This document shows, piece by piece, positions 49,925 through 59,897 of a stretch of DNA of 64,000 nt. The stretch's first letter is position 1. Every line of letters begins with the position of its first letter. The notes beneath the pieces were generated by a model that worked only from the letters and a program-made list of their open reading frames with translations, was not told where the DNA came from and made no database searches. The position numbers and the translations under genes are program-made. This stretch comes from Alphaproteobacteria bacterium (GTDB lineage: Bacteria > Pseudomonadota > Alphaproteobacteria > SMXQ01): contig JAYQQF010000016.1 in assembly GCA_038145705.1 (NCBI GenBank), forward strand, positions 6,675-70,674, written 5' to 3'.

Positions 49925-51088
49925 ATGCTGTCACGCGAAGACAATGAACTGCTGACCCGCGTCGGCCCCGGCACCCCGGCGGGCGAATTGCTGCGCCGCT
50001 ACTGGCAACCGGTCGCCTGCGCCGCCGAACTGACGGAAGAAAAGCCGATCAAGGCGGTCAAGGTTCTCGGCGAAAAGCTGGTCGTCTACCGCGACACGGC
50101 GGGCGGTTACGGCCTCGTCGCCGAACAGTGCCCGCACCGCTTTGCCTCGCTCGCCTGGGGGCGGGTGGATGACGAGGGCATCCGCTGCCCCTACCACGGC
50201 TGGAAATTCAATGCCGCGGGCAGGTGCATCGAAACCCCGGCCGAACCCAAGGGCAGCACTCTGAAGGACGGCGTGCGCCAGCCCGCCTATCCGGTGCGCA
50301 AGCTGGGCGGCATGCTGTTCGGCTACATGGGGCCGGCGCCGGTGCCGGCGCTGCCGCTGTGGGACGTTCTCGCCTGGGAGCACGGCCGGCGCACGGTGGA
50401 GCGCCACTCAGTCGTCGAATGCAACTGGCTGCAGTGCATGGAAAACTCCGTCGATCCGTCGCACCTGTTCTGGCTGCACGGGCGCACGGCGCATCTCGCC
50501 AGCCTGATGGAAGAATTCGAGGAGAAGGAGGATTTCATCCCCTTCGACTTCGGAATCATGAAGCGCCGCTCGACGCCGATCAAGGACAAGGGCATCCAGG
50601 TCGACCAGCATCCGCTTCTGTTCCCGAATGTCCTGCGCCACGTCGCCCATGACCGCAGCGGCAAGGGCAGCCACCGCCACAACCTGCAATACCGGGTGCC
50701 GGTCGATGACCACAACACCCAGGTGTTCATGATCAACTTCACGCCCGAGCCCGGTACGCGCTCGCCCGCCGATGCGGACGCGCCGTACAGCTTCGTGCCC
50801 ATGCGCGGCGAAGACGGCGACTACCGCATGGACATGGTGCTGGCCCAGGACGTCATGGCCTGGGAAACCCAGGGCGCGGTTCTCGACCGCACGCGCGAGC
50901 AGCTCGGCACCGCCGACAAGGGCCTCGTCATGTTCCGCCGCCTTCTCAAGGAACAGATCGCGCTGGTTGCCGCGGGCAAGACCCCGCTCGGCGTCCGCCC
51001 GGCGGAGGCGGAAAACCTTATCGAGCTTGATGTCATCAATGAACGCATCGGCCTGATGCGTCCCGAGCGCCAGGGGGCGGCGCAGTAG
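49925..51088 (+). CDS. Rieske non-heme iron oxygenase, close paralog of 38492..39661
   Basis: CPH...CPYH, ENSVDPSHLFWLH, QDVMAWETQG. Confidence 0.93.
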   Translation: MLSREDNELLTRVGPGTPAGELLRRYWQPVACAAELTEEKPIKAVKVLGEKLVVYRDTAGGYGLVAEQCPHRFASLAWGRVDDEGIRCPYHGWKFNAAGRCIETPAEPKGSTLKDGVRQPAYPVRKLGGMLFGYMGPAPVPALPLWDVLAWEHGRRTVERHSVVECNWLQCMENSVDPSHLFWLHGRTAHLASLMEEFEEKEDFIPFDFGIMKRRSTPIKDKGIQVDQHPLLFPNVLRHVAHDRSGKGSHRHNLQYRVPVDDHNTQVFMINFTPEPGTRSPADADAPYSFVPMRGEDGDYRMDMVLAQDVMAWETQGAVLDRTREQLGTADKGLVMFRRLLKEQIALVAAGKTPLGVRPAEAENLIELDVINERIGLMRPERQGAAQ

Positions 51089-51157
51089 CGAAAGGGTCCT
51101 CCCAACAAGAAGAACGTCCGAGAGGCGATAACTCTGAACAGGACAGGAGAGGCAAAA

Positions 51158-52447
51158 ATGATGTGGAACAAGGACAAGACAGCGGGGCCGGGCAAGGCCC
51201 TCGGGTTTGCAATGGCGTTCCTCGGGGCGGCGGCGGCCGTTTCGGGGGCGCGCGCGGCCGATTTTTACGACGGCAAGACCCTGACGGTGATGATCGCCTC
51301 CAAGCCGGGCGGCGGCACCGACACGACCGGGCGGCTGGTGGCCCGGTTCTGGGGCGCCCATATCCCCGGCAAGCCCAGCGTCATCGTGCGCAACAAGCCG
51401 CTGCAGGTGCTGGCGGGCAACGATCTTCATTTCAACACGCGCCCCGACGGCTTGACCGTCGGCGTGTTCGCGGGCGGCGGCAGCCTCGGCCCGGTGGCGC
51501 GCAAGTCGAAATCGGCGCGTTACGATCCGACCGAATGGGGCATCGTCGGTTCCATCGACCGTGGCCCGTCGATCCAGATCATCCGCAAGTCCGCGCTCGC
51601 GCGCATGAACGACCCGAAGGCGCAGCCCATCGCCATGGGTTCGGTTTCGACCGACCGCACCCAGGACGCCATTGCCGTGTTCGGCGCGGAATATCTAGGC
51701 TGGAACCTCAAGTTCGTGCTGGGTTATCCGAATTCGAACGCGATCTATCTTGCCTATGGCAGGGGCGAGATCGACATGTTCGGCTCGGGCACCACGGAAA
51801 TCCTCAACCGTTTCCTCAACCAGGAAGGCGCGGTTGCCGTCGTGGCCCAGTCGCCGCGCCCCGATTTCCCCGGCATAAAGACCTTCGACCAGCTGCTGGG
51901 CGCGAAGAAACCGTCGGGTGACGCCTGGCGCGCCTACCAGGCCTGGACCGGGCCCAGCGCCGTGGACAAGTATTTTGCCCTCAGCCCGGCGACGCCGAAG
52001 AACCTGACGGAGATCCTGCGGGCTTCGTTCAAGGCGACGACGGCCTCCAAGGACTTCGACAAGGAAGCCAACAACATCCTCGGCGGCGGCTATGCCGTTC
52101 TCAGCGGTACGGAGACCGCCGACCTGATTGCGTCCGCGGTGCGCGTGTCGGCCGGTGCGCTCAAGGAGATCGACCGCCTGCGCGCCAAGTACGGCCTGCC
52201 CAAGGTGGTGCGCGAGGCGAGCCCCGTCGTGCGCGTCAAGCTGAGCGAGGTCAAGCGCGAGGGACGTCGCGTCATCTTCTCGTCGGAGGGCGAAAAAATG
52301 GAGCTCTCGGTCAGCGGCAGCCGCTCCGAAGTGATGGTGGGCGGCAAGCCCGCGTCGCGTTCGGCGCTGAAGGCCGGAATGTCCTGCGACGCGTCCTGGG
52401 CGAAAAATGGCAGCCGCACGGAGGCGCGCAAGCTTCACTGCAATTGA
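51158..52447 (+). CDS. tctC: Bug/TctC substrate-binding protein with C-terminal extra domain
   Basis: Signal peptide, PGGGTDTTGR; about 75-aa beta-rich extension with two Cys. Confidence 0.87.
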   Translation: MMWNKDKTAGPGKALGFAMAFLGAAAAVSGARAADFYDGKTLTVMIASKPGGGTDTTGRLVARFWGAHIPGKPSVIVRNKPLQVLAGNDLHFNTRPDGLTVGVFAGGGSLGPVARKSKSARYDPTEWGIVGSIDRGPSIQIIRKSALARMNDPKAQPIAMGSVSTDRTQDAIAVFGAEYLGWNLKFVLGYPNSNAIYLAYGRGEIDMFGSGTTEILNRFLNQEGAVAVVAQSPRPDFPGIKTFDQLLGAKKPSGDAWRAYQAWTGPSAVDKYFALSPATPKNLTEILRASFKATTASKDFDKEANNILGGGYAVLSGTETADLIASAVRVSAGALKEIDRLRAKYGLPKVVREASPVVRVKLSEVKREGRRVIFSSEGEKMELSVSGSRSEVMVGGKPASRSALKAGMSCDASWAKNGSRTEARKLHCN

Positions 52448-52463
52448 TATAATCAACCAACAA

Positions 52464-52488
52464 GCCGCGGCGGCCATGCCGCCGCGGC
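52464..52488. repeat. Perfect 11-bp inverted repeat (intergenic hairpin)
   Basis: GCCGCGGCGGC-CAT-GCCGCCGCGGC, no U-tract. Confidence 0.7.
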
Positions 52489-52518
52489 AGCGTTCACGGA
52501 GGAGACAAGAGGACCATC

Positions 52519-53523
52519 ATGATCATCGACATTCATGCGCATTTCACCGCGCCGGACAAACTGTTTGCCTACAAGTCGAATCTTCTGGCATCGCGTTCGC
52601 GCGGGCGCGACAGGCTGAAGATGTCCGATGAGCTGATCATCGAGGCCCTCAACAAGCCCGTGCACGGTGGCACGTCGCATCTGCAGCAGCTCGACGAGGT
52701 CGGCACCGACCTTCAGATCATCTCGCCGCGCCCTTACCAGATGATGCATTCGGAAAAGCCCGAAGGCATCGTCCATCGCTTCTGCGAGGCCTGTAACGAC
52801 CTGACGGCGGCCCAGGTGCGCCTGTTTCCCGACCGTTTCGTCGGCATGGCGTCGCTGCCCCAGAACATGGGTGTCAGCCCGGCCAATTCGATCCCCGAAC
52901 TGGAACGTTGCGTAAAGGAACTGGGCTTCGTCGGCTGCCTGCTCAATTCCGACCCCAGCGAATGCCTGGAGCCGCCCCCGGGTCTCGGCGACGAATACTG
53001 GTATCCGCTCTATGAAAAGCTGGTCGAACTCGACGTCCCGGCGATGGTGCACGGCGCCGGCTGCCGCGCGCACCGGCACAACTACACGCTCAACTTCATC
53101 CTCGAGGAAAGCATCGCGATCATCTCGCTCCTGTCCTCGCGCGTGTTCCAGGACTTCCCCAAGCTGAAGCTGATCATCTGCCACGGCGGCGGCGCGATCC
53201 CCTACCAGATCGGCCGCTTCCGCGCGGCGCGCATCAAGGGCGGACGGGCCAAGGAGACCTTCGAGGAAAGCTTGCGCAGGCTGTATTTCGATACCGCGCT
53301 CTACACCAAGGACGCCCTCGAAATGCTGTTCCGCTGGGCGACGCCCGACCGCTGCATGTTCGGCACCGAACGCCCCGGCGCCGGTACGGCGAAGGATCCG
53401 GCGACCGGCCAGTGGATGGACGATACCCGTCCGCTGATCGAGACCATCGATTGGCTGACCGATGCGGACCGGAAGAAGATCTTCGAGGATAACGCCCGCA
53501 AGGTGTTCAATCTCAAGGTCTGA
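52519..53523 (+). CDS. ligJ: Amidohydrolase_2 family, 4-oxalomesaconate hydratase (LigJ)-like
   Basis: MIIDIHAH, SPR, LPQ...PELERCVKELGFVG..LNSDPS, WYPLYEK, HGGGAIPY, FGTE. Confidence 0.75.
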   Translation: MIIDIHAHFTAPDKLFAYKSNLLASRSRGRDRLKMSDELIIEALNKPVHGGTSHLQQLDEVGTDLQIISPRPYQMMHSEKPEGIVHRFCEACNDLTAAQVRLFPDRFVGMASLPQNMGVSPANSIPELERCVKELGFVGCLLNSDPSECLEPPPGLGDEYWYPLYEKLVELDVPAMVHGAGCRAHRHNYTLNFILEESIAIISLLSSRVFQDFPKLKLIICHGGGAIPYQIGRFRAARIKGGRAKETFEESLRRLYFDTALYTKDALEMLFRWATPDRCMFGTERPGAGTAKDPATGQWMDDTRPLIETIDWLTDADRKKIFEDNARKVFNLKV

Positions 53524-53542
53524 TCGATGCTCGGGAGTTTCC

Positions 53543-54733
53543 ATGTCCATGCGTAGCGAAATGGCGTCATCGAACCCGGGCGGGGCGGCATCTGCCGCCC
53601 GCCCGGCGGCGATCCGCCTGCGGAATCTGTCAAAGACCTATCCCGGCAACAGCCAGAAGGCGGTCGACAACCTGTCGCTCGATGTGGCCGAAGGCGAGGT
53701 ATTCACGCTTCTCGGGCCGTCGGGCTGCGGCAAATCGACGACGCTGCGCATGGTGGCGGGGCTGGAAGAACCCGATGAAGGTTCCATCTTCTTCGGCGAC
53801 GAGGCCGTTGTCGTGACCGCCCAGCAGCTGTCGCTGCCGCCCGAAAAGCGCAACCTTGGCATGGTGTTCCAGTCCTACGCCATCTGGCCGCACATGACGG
53901 TGGAGGAAAACGTCAGTTTTCCTCTCAAGGCACGCAAGTTCGCCCGCCACGAAATCCGTGAACGGGTCGAAAAGGTGCTCGATCTCGTCGGCATGGCGGG
54001 CATGGAGAAGCGCCCGGGGCCACTCTTGTCGGGCGGCCAGCAGCAGCGTGTCGCGCTTGCGCGTGCGCTGGTGACCGAACCGCGCATCCTTCTGCTTGAC
54101 GAGCCGTTCAGCAACCTCGATGCCAAGCTGCGCGAGCAGATGCGCCTCGAGGTCAAGCTGCTGCAGGACCGCCTCGACATTGCCGTGCTGTTCGTCACCC
54201 ACGACCAGATCGAGGCGCTCAGCCTTTCCGACCGCATCGCCATCATGAAGCTGGGCGTCGTCCAGCAGCAGGGGGGCCCGCGGGAACTTTACGACCAGCC
54301 CGCAAACGAATTCGTGCGCGACTTCGTCGGCAAGACGCTGCTGTTCCGCGGCACCGTGCGGGCGGCAAACCCGGGCGGGCCGATGGGTATCGCCCTCGAA
54401 GGCGCGCCCGATTGCACGGTGTTCGGCCGTGCCGCCGATCCCCGGGGCATTCCCGCGGGTACCCATGTTTTCGTGGGCGTGCGTCCGGAAGACATCGACA
54501 TCCTGCCCGCCGCTTCGGGCAGCCCGCCCGCGGGCGTCATGGGCGGCAAGGTCAGCGCCGCACTGTTCATCGGCGAGCGCGTCGAATACCAGATCGAGAT
54601 TCCGGGCCAGGGCGCCATCCTGATTTACGGTGACCGCCACAGCCCGCTGCCCGAAGGGCAGGCCGTGTGGATCCGCCCCCGGCCGGACGGGCACAGCGCG
54701 TGGTCGTCGGACTGGCGCGAAGGCAACAACTGA
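53543..54733 (+). CDS. ABC transporter ATP-binding protein (PotA/FbpC-like)
   Basis: GPSGCGKS, LSGGQQQR, LLLDEP, VTHDQ. Confidence 0.95.
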   Translation: MSMRSEMASSNPGGAASAARPAAIRLRNLSKTYPGNSQKAVDNLSLDVAEGEVFTLLGPSGCGKSTTLRMVAGLEEPDEGSIFFGDEAVVVTAQQLSLPPEKRNLGMVFQSYAIWPHMTVEENVSFPLKARKFARHEIRERVEKVLDLVGMAGMEKRPGPLLSGGQQQRVALARALVTEPRILLLDEPFSNLDAKLREQMRLEVKLLQDRLDIAVLFVTHDQIEALSLSDRIAIMKLGVVQQQGGPRELYDQPANEFVRDFVGKTLLFRGTVRAANPGGPMGIALEGAPDCTVFGRAADPRGIPAGTHVFVGVRPEDIDILPAASGSPPAGVMGGKVSAALFIGERVEYQIEIPGQGAILIYGDRHSPLPEGQAVWIRPRPDGHSAWSSDWREGNN

Positions 54734-54778
54734 CCACATCACCGCTTACCGAATCCACGGACAAAAAGGAGAAGGAAG

Positions 54779-55939
54779 ATGATGCGAAAACTGGTTTCGA
54801 CAGGTGCCGTGACGGCACTGGCCATGGTTCCCGCCCTGGCCTTCGGCGACCAGCCGTCGTCGGCGTCCGGAAACTCCGCCGTTCAGGTCGCGGCCGTAAC
54901 GCCGGAGATGCAGAAGCTGATCGAGGCGGCAAAAAAGGAAGGCAAGGTCGAGGTCATCCTCTCCGGCCAGGTGCCGCGCAAGCTGCGCGAAGCCATGCCC
55001 GAATTCGAAAAGAAATACGGCATCAAGGTCAATTTCCAGACCGGCAGCGGGCGCAAGCATGCCGAACGCATCCTGGCGGAGCGCCGCGTCGGCCGATTCA
55101 CCATCGACGTGTGGCTGGGCGGCGCCAATACGGCGTTGGTGCAGCTTGTCCCCAACAAGGCGCTGGCATCCTTTCCGGAGCTTCTCGTCGATCCCGACGT
55201 GAAGGACCAGAGCAAGTGGTACAAGGGCAAGCACCACTATACCGATCCCGAACACCGCTACATCTTCACCTGGGGCGCATCGCCCGCCTACAACATCTCC
55301 TACAACACCAAGATGGTGAAGCCGGAAGAAATCAAGTCCTACCATGATCTCCTGAACCCGAAGTGGAAGGGCAAGATCGTGTCGTGGAATCCGTCGGCGC
55401 AGGGCACGGCGGCGTCTTCGGTGCCGATGTTCCTCAACCCCAAAATCGGCGAGACATGGTTCCGCCGCTGGGCCAACGAGATGAAGCCGGTGATCGTGAC
55501 CGATGCCCGCCAGGCGGCGGAATGGGTCGCCATCGGCCGCTTCCCCATCGGCCTCTTCGGCACGGCCACCCAGGCCGAGGTGCTGGCCTCCCAGGGCTTC
55601 CCGGTGGCCGGATGGATGCCGCACCCGATGGCCGAGGGCGAGGTGCTGTCGGCTTCCGCCGCCAACCTGATGGCGATGGACCGGGCGCCCAATCCCAACG
55701 CGCGCAACCTGTTCCTCAACTGGGCGCTGAGCAAGGAAGGCCAGGCGCTGTTCATCAAGATCGGGGAAAAGACCGACAGCCTGCGCCGTGACGTGCCCAA
55801 CAACACGATCGAGGCGCAGTACCGGATCGATCCCAAGGGCGATTACTACGTGCCCTTCTCCGACCCCAATTACATCAACCAGCAGGACGAGATCATCGGC
55901 AAGCTCAAGAAGCTCATGAGCGAGGCCGGTTATCGTTGA
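54779..55939 (+). CDS. ABC transporter extracellular solute-binding protein (FbpA/AfuA-like)
   Basis: Signal peptide; AAKKEGKV, DLLNPKWKGKI, APNPNA..LFLNW.LSKEGQ. Confidence 0.92.
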   Translation: MMRKLVSTGAVTALAMVPALAFGDQPSSASGNSAVQVAAVTPEMQKLIEAAKKEGKVEVILSGQVPRKLREAMPEFEKKYGIKVNFQTGSGRKHAERILAERRVGRFTIDVWLGGANTALVQLVPNKALASFPELLVDPDVKDQSKWYKGKHHYTDPEHRYIFTWGASPAYNISYNTKMVKPEEIKSYHDLLNPKWKGKIVSWNPSAQGTAASSVPMFLNPKIGETWFRRWANEMKPVIVTDARQAAEWVAIGRFPIGLFGTATQAEVLASQGFPVAGWMPHPMAEGEVLSASAANLMAMDRAPNPNARNLFLNWALSKEGQALFIKIGEKTDSLRRDVPNNTIEAQYRIDPKGDYYVPFSDPNYINQQDEIIGKLKKLMSEAGYR

Positions 55940-55945
55940 TGCCAT

Positions 55946-55976
55946 CGGGCCGGGAGCAATGATCGCCCCCGGCCCG
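55946..55976. repeat. Intergenic hairpin after SBP gene (possible mRNA-stabilising/attenuating stem)
   Basis: CGGGCCGGG...CCCGGCCCG. Confidence 0.5.
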
Positions 55977-55999
55977 TTTACCAGGGATCCGAAACATCC

Positions 56000-57748
56000 A
56001 TGACCAGCGCACCCCTCACGGCCCCGCCTTCCCGCCGGCTGCAATGGCCGGCCGCGGGCACCTTCGTCATGATGCTGCTGATCCTGTTTTTCGGCTTCTA
56101 CATCATCTATCCGATCGCCCTGATCTTCATCCAGAGCTTCAACGCCGAAACCGTGGTGCTGGGCAAGTACGAGCTCAGCCTGATCAACTGGCAGAAGGCC
56201 TTCACCGAACCGGGCACACTGGAAAGCCTCTGGAATACCGTTTTCGTCTATGTCGCCTATACCGCCGTTGCCTTTCCCGTGGCGGTGCTGATTTCCTGGG
56301 TGCTGGCGCGCACACCGATCCCGTTCAGCCGCGGCCTCGAATTCATGTTCTGGGTTTCGTTCATGCTGCCGGGCCTGACCACGACCATCGGCTGGACGCT
56401 GCTGCTTGACCCTTACTTCGGCTTCATCAACGTCGCCTTCAAGGGGCTGTTCGGCACCGACATGGTGCTGTTCAACATCTACAGCGTCGAAGGCATCGTC
56501 TTCGCCCACCTGATGGGCAACGCGATTTCCCAGAAGGTCATGCTGCTGACGCCTGCTTTCCGCAACATGAACGTGGCGCTGGAGGAAGCGGGCCGCGTGT
56601 CGGGCGCGGGCAGGCTCCGGACCATGCTGCGCATCACCCTTCCGGTCATGGTGCCGCCGATGGTGGTGGTGCTGATGCTCAACACCGTGCGCATGTTTAA
56701 TTCTTTCGAGATCGAGCAGATCCTCGGCACGCCGATCAAGTTCTACGTCTATTCGACGCGCATCTTCAACCTGGTGCGCGAGGCCGAGCCGCCGCTCTAC
56801 GGCGAGGCGACCGCGCTTGCCAGCCTGACCCTGATCATCATCCTGCTGTTCATCCCGCTCCAGCGCTGGTTGCTGGCGCGCCGCCAGTACACGACGATTT
56901 CGGGCAGCTATAAGCCGGGCCTCATTCATTTGGGCGTCATGCAGCCCGTGGCCTTCGCCTTCGTCGCCATTGTCGTGGCGCTGCTGACGGTGGTGCCGGT
57001 GATCACGCTTCTCGGCGGCAGTTTCATGACGCGGGCGGGATTTTTCCAGGCGACGCCGACCTACACGCTGGCCCACTGGCAGACCGTCTTCGCCGACCCG
57101 ATCTTCTTCCGCGCACTTGGCACCACCTTCATCATTTCGATTTCGACTGCCGTGGTTTCGCCGGTGCTGTTCTCGATGGTCGCCTATGTGCTGGTACGCC
57201 GTGCCTGGCGCGGGCGGGCGGTGCTCGATTCGATCTTCTGGTTTTCCGCGGGCATTCCCGGGATGCTGTCGGGCCTCGGCCTGTTGTGGGTGATCCTCGA
57301 TACTCCGGGTCTCAATTGGCTGTTCGGCACCATCTGGATACTCATCATCGTCGCCATCCTGCAGGGCAAGCTGACCAGCATCCAGATGTTCAAGTCGACC
57401 TTCCTGCAGATCGGCCAGGACATGGAGGAGGCGGCGCGCACTTCGGGCGCGGGCTGGCTCTACACCTATTTCCGCATCTGGCTGCCGCTGATCGCGCCGA
57501 CGCTGGTGCTGCTCGGCACGCTCAACTTCGTTCTGGCCGCCGGTGCGACCTCGAGCGTCATCCTGCTCGCCAGCCGCGACACGGTGACGCTGTCGCTGCT
57601 GGCGCTCGAATACATGACCACGAACGTCGGCGCCGCGCGCGAAGTGGCGGGGATCATCAGCCTCGTCATCGTCGCGATGACGGCGGGCATTGCGCTGGTG
57701 GCGCGCTGGTTCGGCTTCCAGGTCGGCGTGCGCGACCGCGGCATCTAG
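56000..57748 (+). CDS. ABC transporter fused double permease (FbpB-like)
   Basis: Two EAA loops (LEEAGRVSGA, MEEAARTSGA), about 12 TM. Confidence 0.93.
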   Translation: MTSAPLTAPPSRRLQWPAAGTFVMMLLILFFGFYIIYPIALIFIQSFNAETVVLGKYELSLINWQKAFTEPGTLESLWNTVFVYVAYTAVAFPVAVLISWVLARTPIPFSRGLEFMFWVSFMLPGLTTTIGWTLLLDPYFGFINVAFKGLFGTDMVLFNIYSVEGIVFAHLMGNAISQKVMLLTPAFRNMNVALEEAGRVSGAGRLRTMLRITLPVMVPPMVVVLMLNTVRMFNSFEIEQILGTPIKFYVYSTRIFNLVREAEPPLYGEATALASLTLIIILLFIPLQRWLLARRQYTTISGSYKPGLIHLGVMQPVAFAFVAIVVALLTVVPVITLLGGSFMTRAGFFQATPTYTLAHWQTVFADPIFFRALGTTFIISISTAVVSPVLFSMVAYVLVRRAWRGRAVLDSIFWFSAGIPGMLSGLGLLWVILDTPGLNWLFGTIWILIIVAILQGKLTSIQMFKSTFLQIGQDMEEAARTSGAGWLYTYFRIWLPLIAPTLVLLGTLNFVLAAGATSSVILLASRDTVTLSLLALEYMTTNVGAAREVAGIISLVIVAMTAGIALVARWFGFQVGVRDRGI

Positions 57749-57765
57749 AAAAGGGGGAAGTTTTC

Positions 57766-58902
57766 ATGTCGGAACAGGCGGGAGGCGGCGCGGAAACACC
57801 GCGCATGCGGCGGACCAGCGCCTACAAGGCGTGGCAGGCGGGCGAGGGCATTCCTATCTACGACACCTTCTACGTCGAGGACATGAAGACGCTGGAACTC
57901 GGCAGGTGGTCGCGGCTCGGCGCCGATGCCGCTTTCGTCAACATGGAAGGGGCGGGCGACAGCAACAACTGCTACGTAGCCGAAATTCCGGTCGGCGGTT
58001 CGACCACGCCGATGCGGCATCTGTACGAAGAACTGGTCTATGTCCTGCAAGGCAGCGGCGCCACCACGGTCTCGAACGGGCAGGGCGCCAGCCATACCTT
58101 CGAATGGCAGGCGGGCAGCCTGTTCGCCATTCCGCTGAACACGACGTTCCGGCATTTCAACACCTCTGGCTCGCAGCCGGCCCGCTATGCCGCCGTGATC
58201 ACCGCGCCGGTGGTGATGAACCTCTTCCACAATCCCGATTTTGTGTTCAACACGCCCTACGACTTCACCGACCGCTACAACGGCGAGCAGGGCTTTGACG
58301 GCAACGGCAACCTGTGGCTCAACAGCCGCGGGGTATTCCGGATCTGGGAGACCAACTTCGTTCCCAATGCCGATACCCACCAGCTTTACCGGCGCGGCAA
58401 CCGCGGCGCGGGCGGCTCCTACATCTGTTTCGAGCTCGCCCACGGCACCATGGTCGCCCATATCTCGGAATTCCCGGTCGGCACCTACAAGAAGGCGCAT
58501 CGCCATGGCCCCGGCGCCAACGTCATCATCCTCGGCGGCAAGGGCTTCACCCTTTTGTGGGAAGACGGCAAATGGGACGAGCGCGTCAAGGTCGACTGGA
58601 AGCCCGGCTCCGTCGTCGTGCCGCCGTCGCGCTGGTTCCACCAGCATTTCAATTCCGGCAACGAGCCGGCGCGTTACTTGGCCCTGCGTTGGGGTTCCAA
58701 CCGCTACGAATTCAATATCGTCGGGCAGGAACGCGAGGGCGGCACCGATACCAGCACGAAACTTGGCGGAGACCAGATCGAGTATGCCGACGAGGATCCC
58801 GAGGTCCACCACCTGTTCGAAGCCGAGCTCAGGGCTTCCGGCGCCACCTGCCGGATGAAAGCCATGGTGCCGGGTTGCACGGGCGTGGAACAGGAGTCCT
58901 GA
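57766..58902 (+). CDS. Bicupin protein (gentisate-dioxygenase-like)
   Basis: Two cupins: RHLYEELVYVLQGSG and KAHRHGPG...WFHQHFN. Confidence 0.85.
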   Translation: MSEQAGGGAETPRMRRTSAYKAWQAGEGIPIYDTFYVEDMKTLELGRWSRLGADAAFVNMEGAGDSNNCYVAEIPVGGSTTPMRHLYEELVYVLQGSGATTVSNGQGASHTFEWQAGSLFAIPLNTTFRHFNTSGSQPARYAAVITAPVVMNLFHNPDFVFNTPYDFTDRYNGEQGFDGNGNLWLNSRGVFRIWETNFVPNADTHQLYRRGNRGAGGSYICFELAHGTMVAHISEFPVGTYKKAHRHGPGANVIILGGKGFTLLWEDGKWDERVKVDWKPGSVVVPPSRWFHQHFNSGNEPARYLALRWGSNRYEFNIVGQEREGGTDTSTKLGGDQIEYADEDPEVHHLFEAELRASGATCRMKAMVPGCTGVEQES

Positions 58903-58931
58903 TCGGCCGAAGAAGCCAGGGGGAGAATCAC

Positions 58932-59897
58932 ATGGCTGAAATCGTCATCGCTGCGGGCAGTTCCCACGGACCGAGCATCCAGTCGACGCCCGAGCACTGG
59001 GCCAAGCTCGGCGAGGGCGATACCCGCGACCCGCGCTTCGATTTCGAGGCGCTGAAGCGCGAGGCGCGCCCCGGCCTTGAAAAGGAACTGACTCTCGATG
59101 TCTGGCGTGCCCGCCACGCGGCGGCGCGCAATGCGCTGAAGACGCTCAACCGCGAGCTCAGGGCAGCGCGCCTTGATGTCGTCGTCGTCATCAGCAATGT
59201 CCATCGTGTCTACCCGGCCGACCATCACCCGGTGTTCGGCGTCTTTCGCGCGGAAAATTTCCCGGTGACGACGCGGGCCGACCGGCCCTTCAACCCCGAC
59301 GACCGCTTCATCAACGAGGACAAGCGTCCGAAGGACAAGAACGTGGTGACGGCCCAAGGCCATGCGCCGCTTGCCAACCACCTGATCGAGACCCTGATCG
59401 CCGACGATTTCGACGTCGCCTGTCTCGACCAGTTGCCCGACGGCAAGGCGCTCGACGACGCTTTTACCTTTACCTACGACTGGATGCTGGGCGACCGGGC
59501 AGTGCCGATGGTGCCCTTCTTCCTCAGCCGCGACCTGCCGAACCAGCCCCATCCCAAGCGCTGCCATGCGCTGGGTGCCGCGCTCGGCCGGGCGATCCGG
59601 TCCTTCCCCGGGAACCTGCGCGTCGGCCTGATCGCCTCGGGCGGGCTTAGCCACCAGTTCCTGGACGAGGACCTCGACCGCCAGGTGATCGCGGCGCTGA
59701 CCGCGGGGCGGGCAGGGGATCTGACGGATCTCGACCGCGCGCGGCTCAACCGCGGGCCGGGGACGCCCGAGATTCTCAACTGGATCGCGGTGGCCTCGGC
59801 GATGGCGCCCTCGGCGCTCGAGCTGATCGACTACGTGCCCGCCTACCGCTCTCTCGCCAGCACCGGCCACGGGTTGACCTTCGGCATCTGGCGCTAA
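58932..59897 (+). CDS. Type II extradiol dioxygenase (LigB superfamily, DesZ/LigZ-like)
   Basis: MAEIV...SHGP, PNQP..RC, ASGGLSH, EILNWI, DYVPAYRS..TG. Confidence 0.87.
   Translation: MAEIVIAAGSSHGPSIQSTPEHWAKLGEGDTRDPRFDFEALKREARPGLEKELTLDVWRARHAAARNALKTLNRELRAARLDVVVVISNVHRVYPADHHPVFGVFRAENFPVTTRADRPFNPDDRFINEDKRPKDKNVVTAQGHAPLANHLIETLIADDFDVACLDQLPDGKALDDAFTFTYDWMLGDRAVPMVPFFLSRDLPNQPHPKRCHALGAALGRAIRSFPGNLRVGLIASGGLSHQFLDEDLDRQVIAALTAGRAGDLTDLDRARLNRGPGTPEILNWIAVASAMAPSALELIDYVPAYRSLASTGHGLTFGIWR

Noticed and set aside
52444-52456. FNR/FixK box TTGAT-ATA-ATCAA
   Set aside because: Spacer is 3 nt rather than 4 and it overlaps a stop codon.
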